A stretch of DNA of 64,000 nt from Gammaproteobacteria bacterium (lineage in GTDB: Bacteria > Pseudomonadota > Gammaproteobacteria > Eutrophobiales > Eutrophobiaceae): positions 1,472,001 to 1,536,000 of the forward strand of contig CBDCTH010000012.1 of assembly GCA_965222155.1 (NCBI GenBank), in the 5' to 3' direction. This document shows positions 30,553 to 49,269 of the stretch, piece by piece. The notes below the pieces were generated by a model that searched no databases, had not been told where the DNA came from, and saw nothing but the letters and a program-made list of their open reading frames with translations. The position numbers and the translations under genes are program-made. Every line of letters begins with the position of its first letter. The first letter of the stretch is position 1.

Positions 30553-31284
30553 TTATCGCCTGGCTCCGTCCATCAGCGCCTTCATGTCCTTGACAGCCTG
30601 ATAGAGGCCGGAGAATACCGCCCTGGCTATGATGGAATGGCCGATGTTCAGTTCGGCAACCTGTTTGAGCGCAGCAATCGGATTGACGTTGTGGTAATGC
30701 AGTCCGTGTCCGGCGTTGATTTGCAGTGGTGTTTTCGCTGCATATTCCACTGCCCGGACTATCTTGTTGTATTCAACGGCGAGCGCTTCCGGGCCGTCGC
30801 AATCCGCATAGTGGCCTGTATGAATTTCTATCATGTCTGCGTCGGCATTGACCGCCGCGTCTATCTGGCCGGCATCCGCATCGATAAACAAAGATATTTT
30901 GGAACCGCTCGCCTGCAGCCTGGCACAGGCAACGTTGATCCTTTCCTGCTGGCCGGCCACTTCCAGGCCGCCCTCCGTGGTCAACTCTTCCCGCCGCTCG
31001 GGGACAAAACAGCAAAAATCCGGCTGGAATTTCTCTGCGAGCGCCAACATTCCATCAGTGACCGCCATTTCCAGGTTGATCGGTATCGTCAGCACGTCTT
31101 TCAACATCTCCACGTCCCTTTCCTGGATATGCCGGCGGTCCTCGCGCAGGTGTATCGTGATTGAGTCAGCGCCGGCCTGTTCAGCTATCAGGGCAGCCTG
31201 GACCGGTTCGGGATATCGGGTCAGCCGCGCCTGGCGCAGCGTCGCTACATGGTCGATGTTAACCCCCAGTTTTATCGGGTTCAT
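30553..31284 (-). CDS. pdxJ: Pyridoxine 5'-phosphate synthase
   Basis: LGVNIDHVATLRQAR, HLREDRRHI, TTEGGL, NAGHGL, LNIGHS. Confidence 0.97.
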   Translation of the reverse strand: MNPIKLGVNIDHVATLRQARLTRYPEPVQAALIAEQAGADSITIHLREDRRHIQERDVEMLKDVLTIPINLEMAVTDGMLALAEKFQPDFCCFVPERREELTTEGGLEVAGQQERINVACARLQASGSKISLFIDADAGQIDAAVNADADMIEIHTGHYADCDGPEALAVEYNKIVRAVEYAAKTPLQINAGHGLHYHNVNPIAALKQVAELNIGHSIIARAVFSGLYQAVKDMKALMDGARR

Positions 31285-31292
31285 TGATTATT

Positions 31293-32006
31293 TCAGCGTT
31301 GCGTAGTTAAGTTGAAGTTGTACAGTTCGCGGCTGACCAGCGGTCTGTCGCCCAGTAAATTACCCAGCGCCATTCTCATCAACTGCTTGGCCTCTGCCAA
31401 CACATGGTCATCACCTAATTTCTCTTCCGCCAAGGCCGTTAATGTTCGCCCGGAGATTTTCATGCCGCTCCGGTCAGGTGAATCATGTAGAACCGGACCT
31501 TGTTCCAACAGGTAATTATACTTTTGATCCGCTTTGATGGCATTGCCTTCTGCATCAGAATTCAGCACCAACCCATAACCCAGTGCTTCAAGTAGCCGCT
31601 TTTCAAATATCCTGAGTGTGACTTGTTCGGTCGGTCTATTACTTAATTTGCCGATTGCTTCCTCATAGGCATCGAAAAGTTCCGGATGTGGTTCATGCCG
31701 ATGCAGCAATTTTACCAGCAGTTCATTAATGTAAAAAACAGTCATCAGCCCGCCGGCTTCATACGCTTGTCTGCCTTGACAGGGTTCTACCTGGGTCAAG
31801 GTGCCCAATTCCCGGCGCATTGTCCAGGCGATACTGATTTTACGACCCGATTGTAACAATGCCCGTTTATCATTTTTCTGTTTTCTGGCCCCTTTGGCCA
31901 CCAGGCCAATCCTGCCGTGCCCGCGCGAAAACACGTCCAGTAACAAACTCGTTTCACGATAGGGACGATTGTGCAGGATGTAGCAGGGGTTCAGTTCGAC
32001 TCTCAT
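31293..32006 (-). CDS. recO: DNA repair protein RecO
   Basis: LH.RPYRETSLL, Y.NELL, LR.FE..LL..LGYG; era-recO-pdxJ synteny. Confidence 0.94.
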   Translation of the reverse strand: MRVELNPCYILHNRPYRETSLLLDVFSRGHGRIGLVAKGARKQKNDKRALLQSGRKISIAWTMRRELGTLTQVEPCQGRQAYEAGGLMTVFYINELLVKLLHRHEPHPELFDAYEEAIGKLSNRPTEQVTLRIFEKRLLEALGYGLVLNSDAEGNAIKADQKYNYLLEQGPVLHDSPDRSGMKISGRTLTALAEEKLGDDHVLAEAKQLMRMALGNLLGDRPLVSRELYNFNLTTQR

Positions 32007-32066
32007 CGATCAGTTCTCAATTGGCCAGGACCACGCAAGCGTGACCCTCAACGCTTCAGGACATGC

Positions 32067-32972
32067 CTAATTATACCCCAACATCTTTAATGCCCTGATG
32101 TCTTCAGTCCAACTCTGTTTCGTTTTCACCCAGGTTTGCAGATACACTTTTTTTGTAAAGAATTTCTCCAATTCAATACGCGCCTCAGCGCCAATTGACT
32201 TTAGCATTTTGCCATTTCCACCAATAATGATGGAACGGTGCGAGCGGCGCTCCACCCAGATAGTGGCAAATATGGACAATAATGTAGCCTCGTCATTATA
32301 TTCATCAATAGTGACGGATATCCTGTAAGGCAGTTCTTCTCCCAGGCGCGCCATAACTTTCTCCCTGATATACTCAGCCGCTATGAAACGCGAACTTTTA
32401 TCACTTATCTGATCGGCCGGGAACAAGGCTTCGCCTGCAGGCAGCATTGAAACCACTTTACGTTCCAACGACACAACGTCTCGTTGGCGTCTGGCGCTGA
32501 GTGGAATAATTTCCGTGAATGACAGCTTTTCTTTCATTTCATTTATGTATGGCAGTAATGCGGTGTGGTGCTTGAGCAGGTCCAGTTTATTGATCACTAA
32601 TACCAGCGGCGCGTTTACTTCATTTAACAATCCTGCGACCAAGTCATCTTTATGGGTCCACTTTACCGCCTCGACAACGAACAGCACCAGGTCGATATGC
32701 GCCAATGAGTTTGTCACCTCCCTGTTCATATAGCGGTAGATCGCACTTTTATGGGTGTTTTGGTACCCCGGGGTATCAGTGAAGATAATCTGGTATTCAG
32801 GAGTCGATTTAATCCCTTTAATCTGCCAGCGTGTCGTTTGCGGCTTCCTGGATACGATACTGATTTTATGATCAATGAAACGGTTTAACAGTGTCGACTT
32901 GCCGACGTTGGGCCGACCTATAATGGAAACGTAACCGACCTTGAAACCCGGTGTTTCAGTTTCAGTCAGCAT
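32067..32972 (-). CDS. era: GTPase Era
   Basis: GRPNVGKST, KPQTTR, DTPG, NKLD, KH domain. Confidence 0.96.
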   Translation of the reverse strand: MLTETETPGFKVGYVSIIGRPNVGKSTLLNRFIDHKISIVSRKPQTTRWQIKGIKSTPEYQIIFTDTPGYQNTHKSAIYRYMNREVTNSLAHIDLVLFVVEAVKWTHKDDLVAGLLNEVNAPLVLVINKLDLLKHHTALLPYINEMKEKLSFTEIIPLSARRQRDVVSLERKVVSMLPAGEALFPADQISDKSSRFIAAEYIREKVMARLGEELPYRISVTIDEYNDEATLLSIFATIWVERRSHRSIIIGGNGKMLKSIGAEARIELEKFFTKKVYLQTWVKTKQSWTEDIRALKMLGYN

Positions 32973-33645
32973 CCAGAGCTATCTTCTCCAGCATCGTCCT
33001 TGCCGCTGTTTGTTCCGCATTTCTTTTACTCCTGCCTTTTGCCACTATGGGTTTGGCGACGCCGTCAACACAACATTCTATAGTAAACAGTTTGTCATGC
33101 GCTTCCCCTTCTTCTGCAACCACATTATATATGGGCAAAGACTTTTTATTGGCCTGCAAGTATTCCTGCAATTCGGATTTCGGGTCTTTCGGTATATTCT
33201 CGGTGGTCAATTGGTCAAGTAAGGAAGCATACAATTTCAAGATAAAACGACGACAGTTTTCCAGGTCTGAATCCAGGTAAATCGCTCCTATCATTGCCTC
33301 CAAAGTGTTTGCCAGAAGTGAATCTTTCTGCCTTCCTCCGCTTTTATTCTCACCAATGCCGAACCTGATATGACTTCCCAGGTCCAGTTGTTTTGCGAGT
33401 TGCGCGAGCGTTTCCTGTTTTACCAGGGATGAACGTAATCGTGTCAGGTCACTTTCCGCAGCCTCCGGGAACTTTATATACAGTTCATCGGCAATAAACA
33501 TGCCCAGCAGCGCATCCCCAAGGAATTCAAGTCTTTCATTGTGGTTCCTGCTGAAACTCCGGTGAGTCAAGGCCATAGTTAATAATTCAGTATTACTGAA
33601 ATCATGACCCAGGACATTTTTCATGTACAGGTGTAACTCATTCAT
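32962..33645 (-). CDS. rnc: Ribonuclease III
   Basis: ALTHRS, NERLEFLGDA, DPKSELQE, AEQ.AA. Confidence 0.97.
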   Translation of the reverse strand: MNELHLYMKNVLGHDFSNTELLTMALTHRSFSRNHNERLEFLGDALLGMFIADELYIKFPEAAESDLTRLRSSLVKQETLAQLAKQLDLGSHIRFGIGENKSGGRQKDSLLANTLEAMIGAIYLDSDLENCRRFILKLYASLLDQLTTENIPKDPKSELQEYLQANKKSLPIYNVVAEEGEAHDKLFTIECCVDGVAKPIVAKGRSKRNAEQTAARTMLEKIALDAD

Positions 33646-33654
33646 ATCTTCAGA

Positions 33655-34464
33655 TTAATTTATCCCGGATCCAATCCGGTCCCAGTCCATATCCCAACTC
33701 TGAAAATCAAGAATACTGTCGCTGCTCCAGTTCATCCATATATAAAATGCTCTGCCTACGAGATTTTCATCCGGCACCAGTCCCCAGTAACGACTATCCC
33801 TGCTGTTATCACGGTTATCACCCAGGACAAAGTAATGTCCTTCGGGAATTTTCCGATCAATTTCCACAGACGAGGACTGTAAAGAATTGATGAGAATATC
33901 GTGATCTATTTCGTCCAGTCGTTCCGTTAATCGATAAGAACCGTTCTGCCTCTTACCTACCCCGTCACTTTGATAAATACCTTTGAGTTTGAGTTCGACG
34001 TCAACACCGTTTATTGTCAGGCTCTTGTCCTTGTATTGCAGGTGGTCGCCGGGCACCCCAACTACCCTCTTGATAAAAGGAATGGCGGGATCTTCAGGGT
34101 AGCGAAACACGACAACGTCGCCCCGTTGCGGTTCCCCGCTACCGAACACCTTGGCATTCAGAACCGGCAGACGAATGCCGTAATCGTACTTGTTTACCAG
34201 GATGAAATCGCCTCTTAACAGGGTCGGCATCATGGAAGCAGACGGAATGCGGAACGGCTCAATGATGAATGAGCGCAAGACCATTACAATCAAAAATACA
34301 GGAAACAACGACCTGGCATAATCCACGATTAATGGTTCCGTACGAGCGCGGCTGTCAGTGGCGGAAGTTCTTCTGCCCGCTGCAAAAAACAAGGCATCGA
34401 CTCCCCAGATTATGCCGCTGACAAAGGTAAGCAATACCAGCAAGGCAGCGAAATCGAAGGTCAT
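33655..34464 (-). CDS. lepB: Signal peptidase I
   Basis: [35 protein letters not shown]. Confidence 0.96.
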   Translation of the reverse strand: MTFDFAALLVLLTFVSGIIWGVDALFFAAGRRTSATDSRARTEPLIVDYARSLFPVFLIVMVLRSFIIEPFRIPSASMMPTLLRGDFILVNKYDYGIRLPVLNAKVFGSGEPQRGDVVVFRYPEDPAIPFIKRVVGVPGDHLQYKDKSLTINGVDVELKLKGIYQSDGVGKRQNGSYRLTERLDEIDHDILINSLQSSSVEIDRKIPEGHYFVLGDNRDNSRDSRYWGLVPDENLVGRAFYIWMNWSSDSILDFQSWDMDWDRIGSGIN

Positions 34465-36257
34465 TGCTCGCCCCCCACATGCAGAATAGCCATGAATGCC
34501 GATTGCGGGATTTCAACCGAACCCAGTTGTTTCATTCTTTTTTTCCCTGCTTTTTGTTTCTCAAGTAATTTTCTTTTACGCGTCACGTCACCGCCGTAGC
34601 ACTTGGCCGTGACGTTTTTACGCAGTGCCTTAACGGATTCCCGGGCGATGATTTTCGAGCCGATCGCCGCTTGTATCGCTACTTCATACATCTGACGCGG
34701 GACGAGTTGTTTCATCTTTGCCGTCAATTCGCGTCCGCGTCGTTGCGCCAGGTCCCGATGGACGATGCACGACAATGCATCCACCCGGGTAGCGTTAATC
34801 AACACATCCAGTTTAACCAGGGGCGCCTCATTATAGCGTTCAAAATGATAATCAAAAGACGCATACCCTTTACTGACCGATTTCAACCGGTCAAAAAAAT
34901 CCAGTACTATTTCGCTGAGGGGAATCTCAAAAGCAATCGATACCTGCCGCCCGGCATAGTGCAATTTCTTCTGCTCGCCTCTTTTCTCGATACACAGGGA
35001 GATAACGTTGCCCAGGTATTCCTGCGGTGTCAGTATATCAGCACGTACGATGGGTTCACGAATTGCCACAACCTTATCCGTCCCGGGGAGATCGGCAGGA
35101 TTATCGATATACAACCTGGAACCGGATGTGGTTTCAATTTCATACACTACGGTGGGCGCCGTTATTATCAGATTCATGTCGTACTCTCGCTCCAGGCGTT
35201 CCTGAACTATCTCCATATGCAACATGCCTAAAAATCCACAACGAAACCCGAAACCCAGGGCCTGGGAGGTTTCAGGTTCATAATACAGCGCTGCGTCATT
35301 TAATTTCAGCTTTGCCAGGGCTTCCCGGAAGTTCTCGAAATCACTGGAATCGATAGGAAACATACCGGCAAAAACACGGGGTTTAACAGGTTGGAAACCG
35401 GGTACCGGACGCTCTACCGGATGCTTGCTTGAAGTAATGGTATCACCCACCGGCGCGCCGAGAATTTCCTTGATTCCGGCAACAACGTATCCAACCTCCC
35501 CCGTAGCAAGACAGGAGCCGGGGGTTCTCTTGGGAGTGAATGAACCGACCTCGTCAACAATATAGCTCTGCCCGGTTGAAAATATTTTGATCTTGTCGCC
35601 GATGCTCAACCGGCCCTCCTTTACCCGTACCAGGGAAATGACGCCAAGGTAATTATCAAACCAGGAATCGATAATCAATGCCGTCAGTGGTGCGTCGATA
35701 TTGCCTTCAGGCGGGGGAATACGTTCAATAATAGCACTGAGCAGTTGCTCCAGCCCCTCCCCGGTTTTGGCGCTGACCAGCAGTGCATTCCTTGCATCAA
35801 CTCCGATCAGTTCCTCAATATCCAGTATCACCTTCTCAGGGTCTGCTGCCGGCAAGTCAATCTTGTTTAATACCGGAATTACTTCCAGTCCGTTGTCAAT
35901 GGCCGCAAAGCAGTTGGCTACGGTCTGCGCCTCTACGCTCTGGGAACAATCCACAACCAGCAAAGCACCTTCGCATGCAGATAACGAGCGGGACACTTCA
36001 TAACTGAAATCAACGTGACCGGGCGTGTCAATTATATTGAACTGGTATGTATTGCCGTCATAGTGGGGGTAATCCAGGCGCACACTCTGGGATTTGATCG
36101 TAATACCACGTTCCCTTTCCAACTCCATCGAATCCAACACCTGCGCGGACATTTCCCGTTCACTCAAGCCGCCGCAAGTCTGGATAAAACGATCCGCGAG
36201 GGTAGACTTGCCATGGTCTATGTGCGCGATGATGGAAAAGTTTCTGATCCGCTCCAT
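34461..36257 (-). CDS. lepA: Elongation factor 4
   Basis: [41 protein letters not shown]. Confidence 0.98.
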   Translation of the reverse strand: MERIRNFSIIAHIDHGKSTLADRFIQTCGGLSEREMSAQVLDSMELERERGITIKSQSVRLDYPHYDGNTYQFNIIDTPGHVDFSYEVSRSLSACEGALLVVDCSQSVEAQTVANCFAAIDNGLEVIPVLNKIDLPAADPEKVILDIEELIGVDARNALLVSAKTGEGLEQLLSAIIERIPPPEGNIDAPLTALIIDSWFDNYLGVISLVRVKEGRLSIGDKIKIFSTGQSYIVDEVGSFTPKRTPGSCLATGEVGYVVAGIKEILGAPVGDTITSSKHPVERPVPGFQPVKPRVFAGMFPIDSSDFENFREALAKLKLNDAALYYEPETSQALGFGFRCGFLGMLHMEIVQERLEREYDMNLIITAPTVVYEIETTSGSRLYIDNPADLPGTDKVVAIREPIVRADILTPQEYLGNVISLCIEKRGEQKKLHYAGRQVSIAFEIPLSEIVLDFFDRLKSVSKGYASFDYHFERYNEAPLVKLDVLINATRVDALSCIVHRDLAQRRGRELTAKMKQLVPRQMYEVAIQAAIGSKIIARESVKALRKNVTAKCYGGDVTRKRKLLEKQKAGKKRMKQLGSVEIPQSAFMAILHVGGEQ

Positions 36258-36307
36258 ATAAACAGGACTGGAAAACTTAATGTTTGCCCGGAGCAGCCGG
36301 ACAAAAC

Positions 36308-37843
36308 TTATTCGTCCTCTGCTCCGGTCAGTTTAAAGGCCAGGAACGTCGGTGCACCGCGTCTTTGAATCAGGATTGGAACAGAACGGTTGCGCGGCAG
36401 CCCCGCAAGTACCTGCCCAAACTGTGAAACGCTTTCCACGCTTATATTATTCACTATCAAAATTACGTCACCTTTACGGATTCCCGCTTCGCCGCCGGGG
36501 CCGGGCATCACTTTTTCCACCATTATACCGTCTTTCGGCAGGTCCAGCTTTTTTCTCTGATCTTCCGTCAGGTCGCGTACCACAAGATTCATTTCATTGG
36601 GAGGCTCAATCTCCGGGGCAGCATTTTCCGTTCGCGCCATTTTATCTTCTTCGGGGAGTGTTGCAATCAATACCTTGAGATGTTTGCGCTTCCCCTCCCG
36701 GATGACCTCCACCGGCACTTTAGTATTGATTTTACTGTTCCCGACCCGAGGCGGCAGATCAGATGAAAATGCGATTTCGGCGCCGTCATACCTGACAATG
36801 ATATCGCCCACTTCAACGCCCGCGACTTGTGCGGGGCTGTCGGTCAATACTTTTGCGACCAGTGCCCCATGGGGTTTGTCCATATTAAAAGATTCGGCCA
36901 GCTCCCGAGTCACGTCCTGTATAAGTACACCGAGCCAGCCCCGGGTAACAGAACCGGTTTCCCGCAGCTGTGAATACACATTGACGACGACGTCTACAGG
37001 CACGGCGAAAGACAGTCCCATAAATCCACCGGTGCGGCTGTATATCTGCGAGTTTACCCCGATTACTTCGCCATCCAGGTTAAATAAAGGACCGCCCGAA
37101 TTACCGGGGTTAATAGCCACATCAGTCTGGATGAAGGGAATATAATTTTCATTGGGCAGACTTCTCCCTATGGCACTCACTATCCCTTGAGTGACCGAAT
37201 AGTCAAAACCGAAAGGCGAACCTATTGCCAGCACCCATTCCCCGACCTTCAAATCCGAGGAACTGCCCAACGTGACTACAGGCAGGTCATTTCCATCAAC
37301 CTTAAGCAGCGCTATATCACTGCGCTTGTCGGTACCCACTATTTCAGCAATAAACTCCCTGCGATCACTCAGTCTTACAATGATTTCATCCGCATTAGCG
37401 ACCACGTGACTGTTGGTAATAATAAAACCATCAGCTGAAATAATGAAGCCTGACCCAAGCGAGGCCGCCTCCCTGGGTGCTCCTCGGTTTTCCGGCACCT
37501 GTTCTTCAAAAAACTTCTGGAAAAAATCATAAAACGGGCTATCTTCAGGCACGTCGGGGATATACGATCTCCCGGACGCTTCAGGATTATCTTTTTTGGC
37601 AGTCGTACTGATGTTTACGACAGCTGCAGAGTTCTCCTGGACCAGCGCAGTAAAATCAGGCAATGGCGCCGCAGCGGCCGGTCCCGCATGCCAAAAAAAC
37701 AATAGCGGCAGGATATACCTGTAACAACCAATACCGGTCAGCTGATTTTTCACCCTATGAAAAACAATGGCGACTCTACCCGAGTGTGCGTGTCTGATAA
37801 AACTGCGGGTCAGCGCCGGATAGTCTGCCGTCATCATCGACAA
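36308..37843 (-). CDS. DegP/MucD-type HtrA serine protease with two PDZ domains (true start probably downstream)
   Basis: [29 protein letters not shown]; position upstream of lepA. Confidence 0.93.
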   Translation of the reverse strand: MSMMTADYPALTRSFIRHAHSGRVAIVFHRVKNQLTGIGCYRYILPLLFFWHAGPAAAAPLPDFTALVQENSAAVVNISTTAKKDNPEASGRSYIPDVPEDSPFYDFFQKFFEEQVPENRGAPREAASLGSGFIISADGFIITNSHVVANADEIIVRLSDRREFIAEIVGTDKRSDIALLKVDGNDLPVVTLGSSSDLKVGEWVLAIGSPFGFDYSVTQGIVSAIGRSLPNENYIPFIQTDVAINPGNSGGPLFNLDGEVIGVNSQIYSRTGGFMGLSFAVPVDVVVNVYSQLRETGSVTRGWLGVLIQDVTRELAESFNMDKPHGALVAKVLTDSPAQVAGVEVGDIIVRYDGAEIAFSSDLPPRVGNSKINTKVPVEVIREGKRKHLKVLIATLPEEDKMARTENAAPEIEPPNEMNLVVRDLTEDQRKKLDLPKDGIMVEKVMPGPGGEAGIRKGDVILIVNNISVESVSQFGQVLAGLPRNRSVPILIQRRGAPTFLAFKLTGAEDE

Positions 37844-38415
37844 TTCACCTCATTCAGCGCGGCTGCCGTATCCTCCATACTGTCTCCCATTGCCTGTTTC
37901 CCTTTGCCTGCATCCGGTTGACTGTTCCCCCCCGGCAGATCGTTGCATTCGGTGACTGTTTCACTGTTTCCAGAACTTACCTGCCGCACCGGAGCATAAA
38001 CCGTTCCGGGGCCGCTAACGCCGGGTACGGTTTGGACCAGCGTATCCTGTGGTGTTTCATGAGGTCCACCCACAAACTGTTGTTGTATGCCTAAAATAGC
38101 AAGCGCAGTAACAGAAGCGGCCAAGGCAAAGCCGGTAACGGGTTTGAGGAGAGGATGAGACAGGCGGACGGGAGTGACAATGGCGGGTTCTTTCTGCAGG
38201 GATTTTGAAATATTTCCTGCCAGGTCCCTGTCAATGCTATCGGGTAAACATTGTTTGAGACAGTCGGAAACCAAATGGTATCGGGACCAGGCGCCCAACA
38301 GTTCCGGGTCCTTCAAAAGTTGATCGACCAGGTTTTTGTCGCGCCCATCAAGCTCACCATCCATGAAGGCAGATAACTGTTCTTTTTTTTCATCGTTCAT
38401 AGTATTAATCGGCAA
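37834..38415 (-). CDS. rseA: Anti-sigma-E factor RseA/MucA
   Basis: EQLSAFMDGEL, WSRYHLV, TM segment ALAASV; follows rpoE. Confidence 0.87.
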   Translation of the reverse strand: MPINTMNDEKKEQLSAFMDGELDGRDKNLVDQLLKDPELLGAWSRYHLVSDCLKQCLPDSIDRDLAGNISKSLQKEPAIVTPVRLSHPLLKPVTGFALAASVTALAILGIQQQFVGGPHETPQDTLVQTVPGVSGPGTVYAPVRQVSSGNSETVTECNDLPGGNSQPDAGKGKQAMGDSMEDTAAALNEVNCR

Positions 38416-38983
38416 GTAAAGGTTTTAATCGTTTATCCACTGCTTCTCTTGCGCGAAATATACGTGATCGCACCGTGCCGACCGGACACTCCATAACTGT
38501 CGCGATCTCTTCATAGCTCAATCCGTCTAATTCCCGCAAGGTGATCGCCGAACGCAAATCCACCGGCAATTCTTCAATAGCCGTAATTATAGTCTCCTGT
38601 AATTCCTGTGTCAGCAGCAAGCGTTCAGGCGTTGTCTGCTCTCTTAGACTATCACTTTGCTCAATTTGTTCCACTTCATCAAAATCCACGGCTGTATCAA
38701 AAGGTTGACGCAACCCGGATGCCAGAAAATTTTTTGCCGTATTCACAGCAATTCGATAGAGCCAGGTATAAAATGCACTGTCGCCACGAAATTTGGGCAA
38801 GGCTCGATAAGCCTTGATAAAAGCTTCCTGAGCCACGTCACTGGCATCATGGGGATTGTGAACAAAACGGGATATCAGGTTTAAAATTCTGCTCTGGTAC
38901 TTTATCACCAGCGCATCAAACGCTTTCTTGTCCCCATTTTTAACCCTTTCTACGAGTATTTTATCGGATGTATTATGTTCCAT
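38405..38983 (-). CDS. rpoE: RNA polymerase sigma factor RpoE
   Basis: DVAQEAFIKAYRAL, FRGDSAFYTWLYRIAVN, CPVGTVRSRIFRAR. Confidence 0.97.
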   Translation of the reverse strand: MEHNTSDKILVERVKNGDKKAFDALVIKYQSRILNLISRFVHNPHDASDVAQEAFIKAYRALPKFRGDSAFYTWLYRIAVNTAKNFLASGLRQPFDTAVDFDEVEQIEQSDSLREQTTPERLLLTQELQETIITAIEELPVDLRSAITLRELDGLSYEEIATVMECPVGTVRSRIFRAREAVDKRLKPLLAD

Positions 38984-39335
38984 GGTAAATTCCTGTCATG
39001 AGAATAGCACTCAGACAAGACAAATAGTTATCAATGTATGCAGATAATCAATTATATTAGCTTGCTCCATATATTGCACCTGTATGACAAACGGGAACCT
39101 CTAATAATTGACATTTTTTGATACATAGGGTCGCTAACTTATTGAAATCATTGACCGCTAATATATCAATTTGTGAATAAACAGAGGTTCCCAAACGACT
39201 GTTAGCCCGTATATCTCACCAATTGATGCGATGATCGCGCAGTCTGTGATAATGGCAAAGTGACATAAACCGAGATACTCTATTGACAACGATGAACGTT
39301 TTCTCTGGCAATAAGCGGATTGGTGAGATATGCGG

Positions 39336-39613
39336 GTTAGGAACACATAAACTGTCCGGTCCCGTATCGGTGTACGGGACCAGCTTTATCATATTAGCTT
39401 TTGGGATGTATGATGACGCGAACAGTGTGGTTACAGGAGACCAAGCGGATGAGATTTGATGCGCCCTATCCCCCTGCTCAACTCCATACAGAGCTTGCCC
39501 CTGCGGTTGTAAGCAGGGGGGCAGGGGGGCTCTGGGGCGCCCCTTGCAGGCGTCCTACGGACATCCTAATCCGCTCCAGGCGGATTGGTGAAGAAGCATA
39601 TCAAGGTTGGACA
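39336..39613 (+). mobile_element. IS end plus transposase N-terminal fragment (ISNCY/IS481-like), interrupted by palindromic repeats
   Basis: 22-mer end, then MTRTVWLQETKRMRF-[insert]-EEAYQGWT, resembling the MRRTEWLQE..KMRFEEAY.GW start of such transposases. Confidence 0.6.
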
Positions 39614-39843
39614 ACGCGTTCCAGTCGTTTCAGTGCGGCGAAACGGCGGTGGCCGACGACGACGCGATACGTGCCGTCCTTGTTTACGATGGGTTGGACA
39701 ATGAGGTTTTCCAACAGTCCGTAGCATTTGATTGAGTTCATCAGGGCGTTTTGATCGGCGGCGTCGGCGTTAACTTTGCGGATGTTGCGGCCGGCTTCGA
39801 TCAGTCTCAGCATGATGAGGGTGAAAGTGTGTTTCTTTGACAT
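39601..39843 (-). pseudogene. ParB/Srx N-terminal domain fragment
   Basis: N.RK...LMNSIKCYGLLENLIV...YRVVVGHRRFAAL; truncated. Confidence 0.8.
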
Positions 39844-40066
39844 GGGGTTCTCTGGTTGAATAGGTGAAAAAATTGCTTAATGCAGCGGTGTGTTTAAAAA
39901 GTTGTTTGTAACGATATCTACAACCGGGGTGAAGCGGGATCGGTCAGGTTTTGTCGGTTTGTCCTGTCGGTTGAGACAGGTATGATGCGGCGCGTGCGGT
40001 GTTTATTGTCGGTGTTGGGCCGGTTGAGAGGTTGCGTGTGTGTGTTGTTGGTCTTTGACGGTGAGG

Positions 40067-40468
40067 TCAGGCGGCCTGATCGTGTTTTTCCGGCGGTGGC
40101 GGCGGATCAATTCGGACCCGGAAGAATGTCTCTATGGTGGCTTTGAGCGCAGCTACCTGGGTAGAGAGATCACTTAATCGTTCCTCCAGTATGGTAAAAC
40201 GGTTATTGGTGCGTTCCTCCAGTTTGGCAAATTGGTTATTAGTGCGTTCCTCCAGTTTGGCAAATTGGTTATTGGTGCGTTCCTCCAGTTTGGCAAATTG
40301 GTTATTAGTGCGTTCCTCCAGTTTGGCAAATTGGTTATTAGTGCGTTCCTCCAGTTTGTTCAGATGTTCTTTCAAATCATCTCTGAGGTTTTTGATGTCT
40401 AATCGCAACCAGACAAATAAACTGATGATGAGGGCTGCTGATGCAAAAAATAGATATAAATTGTTCAT
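40067..40468 (-). CDS. Membrane-anchored coiled-coil protein with 11-aa tandem repeats
   Basis: N-terminal TM; KLEERTNNQFA x~5 (33-bp repeat at 40179-40357); Pro-rich tail. Confidence 0.75.
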   Translation of the reverse strand: MNNLYLFFASAALIISLFVWLRLDIKNLRDDLKEHLNKLEERTNNQFAKLEERTNNQFAKLEERTNNQFAKLEERTNNQFAKLEERTNNRFTILEERLSDLSTQVAALKATIETFFRVRIDPPPPPEKHDQAA

Positions 40469-40555
40469 GGTGACTAGTATAGCATGATGTGGATTGGGTT
40501 GGGTTTGTTCTGGTTAATTGGGTTTGACGTACCGTTAAAAAGGATGTTCGCGGTG

Positions 40556-40788
40556 CTATTGTTCGTGCCGGATTTGCATAAGGAGTTTGCCAGGCTGGTT
40601 TTGACCGGTGCCGTTGCATACGCCTCGGAAGGTGTCATGCCAAGTGTTATGTTCGATGATGGGGCGTTGCCCCGTTGCCGTCAGTTTGTTGCAGATATCG
40701 GGGTTGTTGGCGAACTTGGATTGCAATATTCGGTACATGATGTCTATTTTAACATCGTGCCAGTCGTTGCGTTGCGCAGCATTGTTGT

Positions 40789-40790
<2 letters not shown>
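40556..40790 (-). pseudogene. C-terminal half of a NADAR (YbiA) family protein
   Basis: R.DW.DVK.DIM..IL.SKF..NPD...KL.ATG..PIIEHNTWHDTF.GVCNG.GQN..GKLLMQIR. Confidence 0.78.
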
Positions 40791-47911
<7,121 letters not shown>

Positions 47912-48117
47912 GAGATATAACCATACCGTTTTGAACCGCAAGATACAAGTTAAGTAAATGGAATATGAACCCGTGTTTATTTATACGATAAACTGATATA
48001 GTTATATATCCATTTGTTATATATGATATTTTCTATACTTAATAAAGCACCCTGTTAGACACGAGTCTGTAAGAATTGCTATAATGATTTGTTTAGATTA
48101 GATGGTTTAACGGAAGC

Positions 48118-48507
48118 ATGACAACAATTCCATCCAAAAGACTGGATACTTTTATTAATCCTGAGCCCGGGCGTGATTATACAATCACTATCAAGCTGCC
48201 TGAGTTTACCTGTTTGTGCCCCGTTACGGGACAACCCGACTTTGCTACGCTGCATATCCAGTACATTCCGGATCAGTTGTGCGTTGAGTTGAAGTCGCTC
48301 AAACTCTATATATGGTCCTATCGCGATGAGGGCGCGTTTCATGAGGCAGTAACCAACCAAATTCTGTCTGACCTGGTAACGGCGGTTTCTCCCAGGTATA
48401 TGAAATTAACCGCAGACTTTAACATGCGCGGCGGGGTGCATACGTCAGTAACGGCAGAACATAAAAAGGAGAACTGGCATAGCTCTGAAACAGTGACACT
48501 GCCCTGA
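48118..48507 (+). CDS. queF: preQ0 reductase QueF (short type)
   Basis: [28 protein letters not shown]. Confidence 0.95.
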   Translation: MTTIPSKRLDTFINPEPGRDYTITIKLPEFTCLCPVTGQPDFATLHIQYIPDQLCVELKSLKLYIWSYRDEGAFHEAVTNQILSDLVTAVSPRYMKLTADFNMRGGVHTSVTAEHKKENWHSSETVTLP

Positions 48508-48557
48508 GGCAAACCGGTGATGGAATTTCAGGAAGTCCATCCTGTTATCCTGATAGT

Positions 48558-48647
48558 ATAATATTTGGGGTCAGAGTAAAATACAGTCAGGTCAGCAGGT
48601 AGTGCTGGTTTATTTCCGAGCAATATTACTCTGACCCCAAATATTAT
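48558..48647. repeat. Perfect 22-bp inverted repeat with 46-nt spacer (REPIN/MITE-like)
   Basis: ATAATATTTGGGGTCAGAGTAA ... TTACTCTGACCCCAAATATTAT. Confidence 0.85.
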
Positions 48648-48809
48648 GGAACGTTATCGGAATTGCGTGACAAACGCACCCAAATCAGTATTATGCGCTT
48701 TTGCTTATTCATTGACACGACGTATTAATATGGTTTCAAATAGACACATAATCATTTAAAAGAATGTCCAGGCTATATGTAACAAATATGCGGTTCGGTA
48801 AAAATTGAA

Positions 48810-49244
48810 ATGAAAAAGGCCAGCACTGGGGAACACACCCGCAAAATCAGTCCAATCAGCAGCAAAGCAGCGGCAGGAGACTATATGAATCCGGCCCAGG
48901 TTGAGCATTTTAGTAAGCTGTTAATTGATTGGAAGCAGGCTTTGATGGAGGAAGTAGAGCGAACCATGCATCACATGCAGGATGAAGCATCCAATTTTCC
49001 CGACCCCAACGACCGCGCTACCCAGGAAGAAGAATTTGCTCTTGAGTTAAGGACGCGGGATCGCGAGCGAAAACTGATTAAAAAAATCAATGAGTCGTTA
49101 ATGACGCTGGATTCGGGCGATTACGGTTATTGTGAAACCTGCGCTGGAGAGATTGGGATTCAACGACTTGAAGCCAGGCCGACTGCAACCTTGTGCATCG
49201 ACTGTAAAACCCTGGCTGAGATCAAAGAACGCCAGCAAGGGTGA
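48810..49244 (+). CDS. dksA: RNA polymerase-binding protein DksA
   Basis: [28 protein letters not shown]...CIDC. Confidence 0.97.
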   Translation: MKKASTGEHTRKISPISSKAAAGDYMNPAQVEHFSKLLIDWKQALMEEVERTMHHMQDEASNFPDPNDRATQEEEFALELRTRDRERKLIKKINESLMTLDSGDYGYCETCAGEIGIQRLEARPTATLCIDCKTLAEIKERQQG

Positions 49245-49269
49245 ACCGGAAACAGACACTTAACGTGTC

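Noticed and set aside
30511-31164. 217-aa ORF antisense to pdxJ, and similar antisense ORFs in rne, lepA and smc
   Set aside because: Fully overlap conserved genes on the opposite strand
40179-40357. 33-bp repeats as a possible CRISPR or iteron array
   Set aside because: Head-to-tail with no spacers; encodes an 11-aa coiled-coil repeat
47950-48117. preQ1 riboswitch upstream of queF
   Set aside because: AT-rich divergent promoter region with no recognisable preQ1 aptamer
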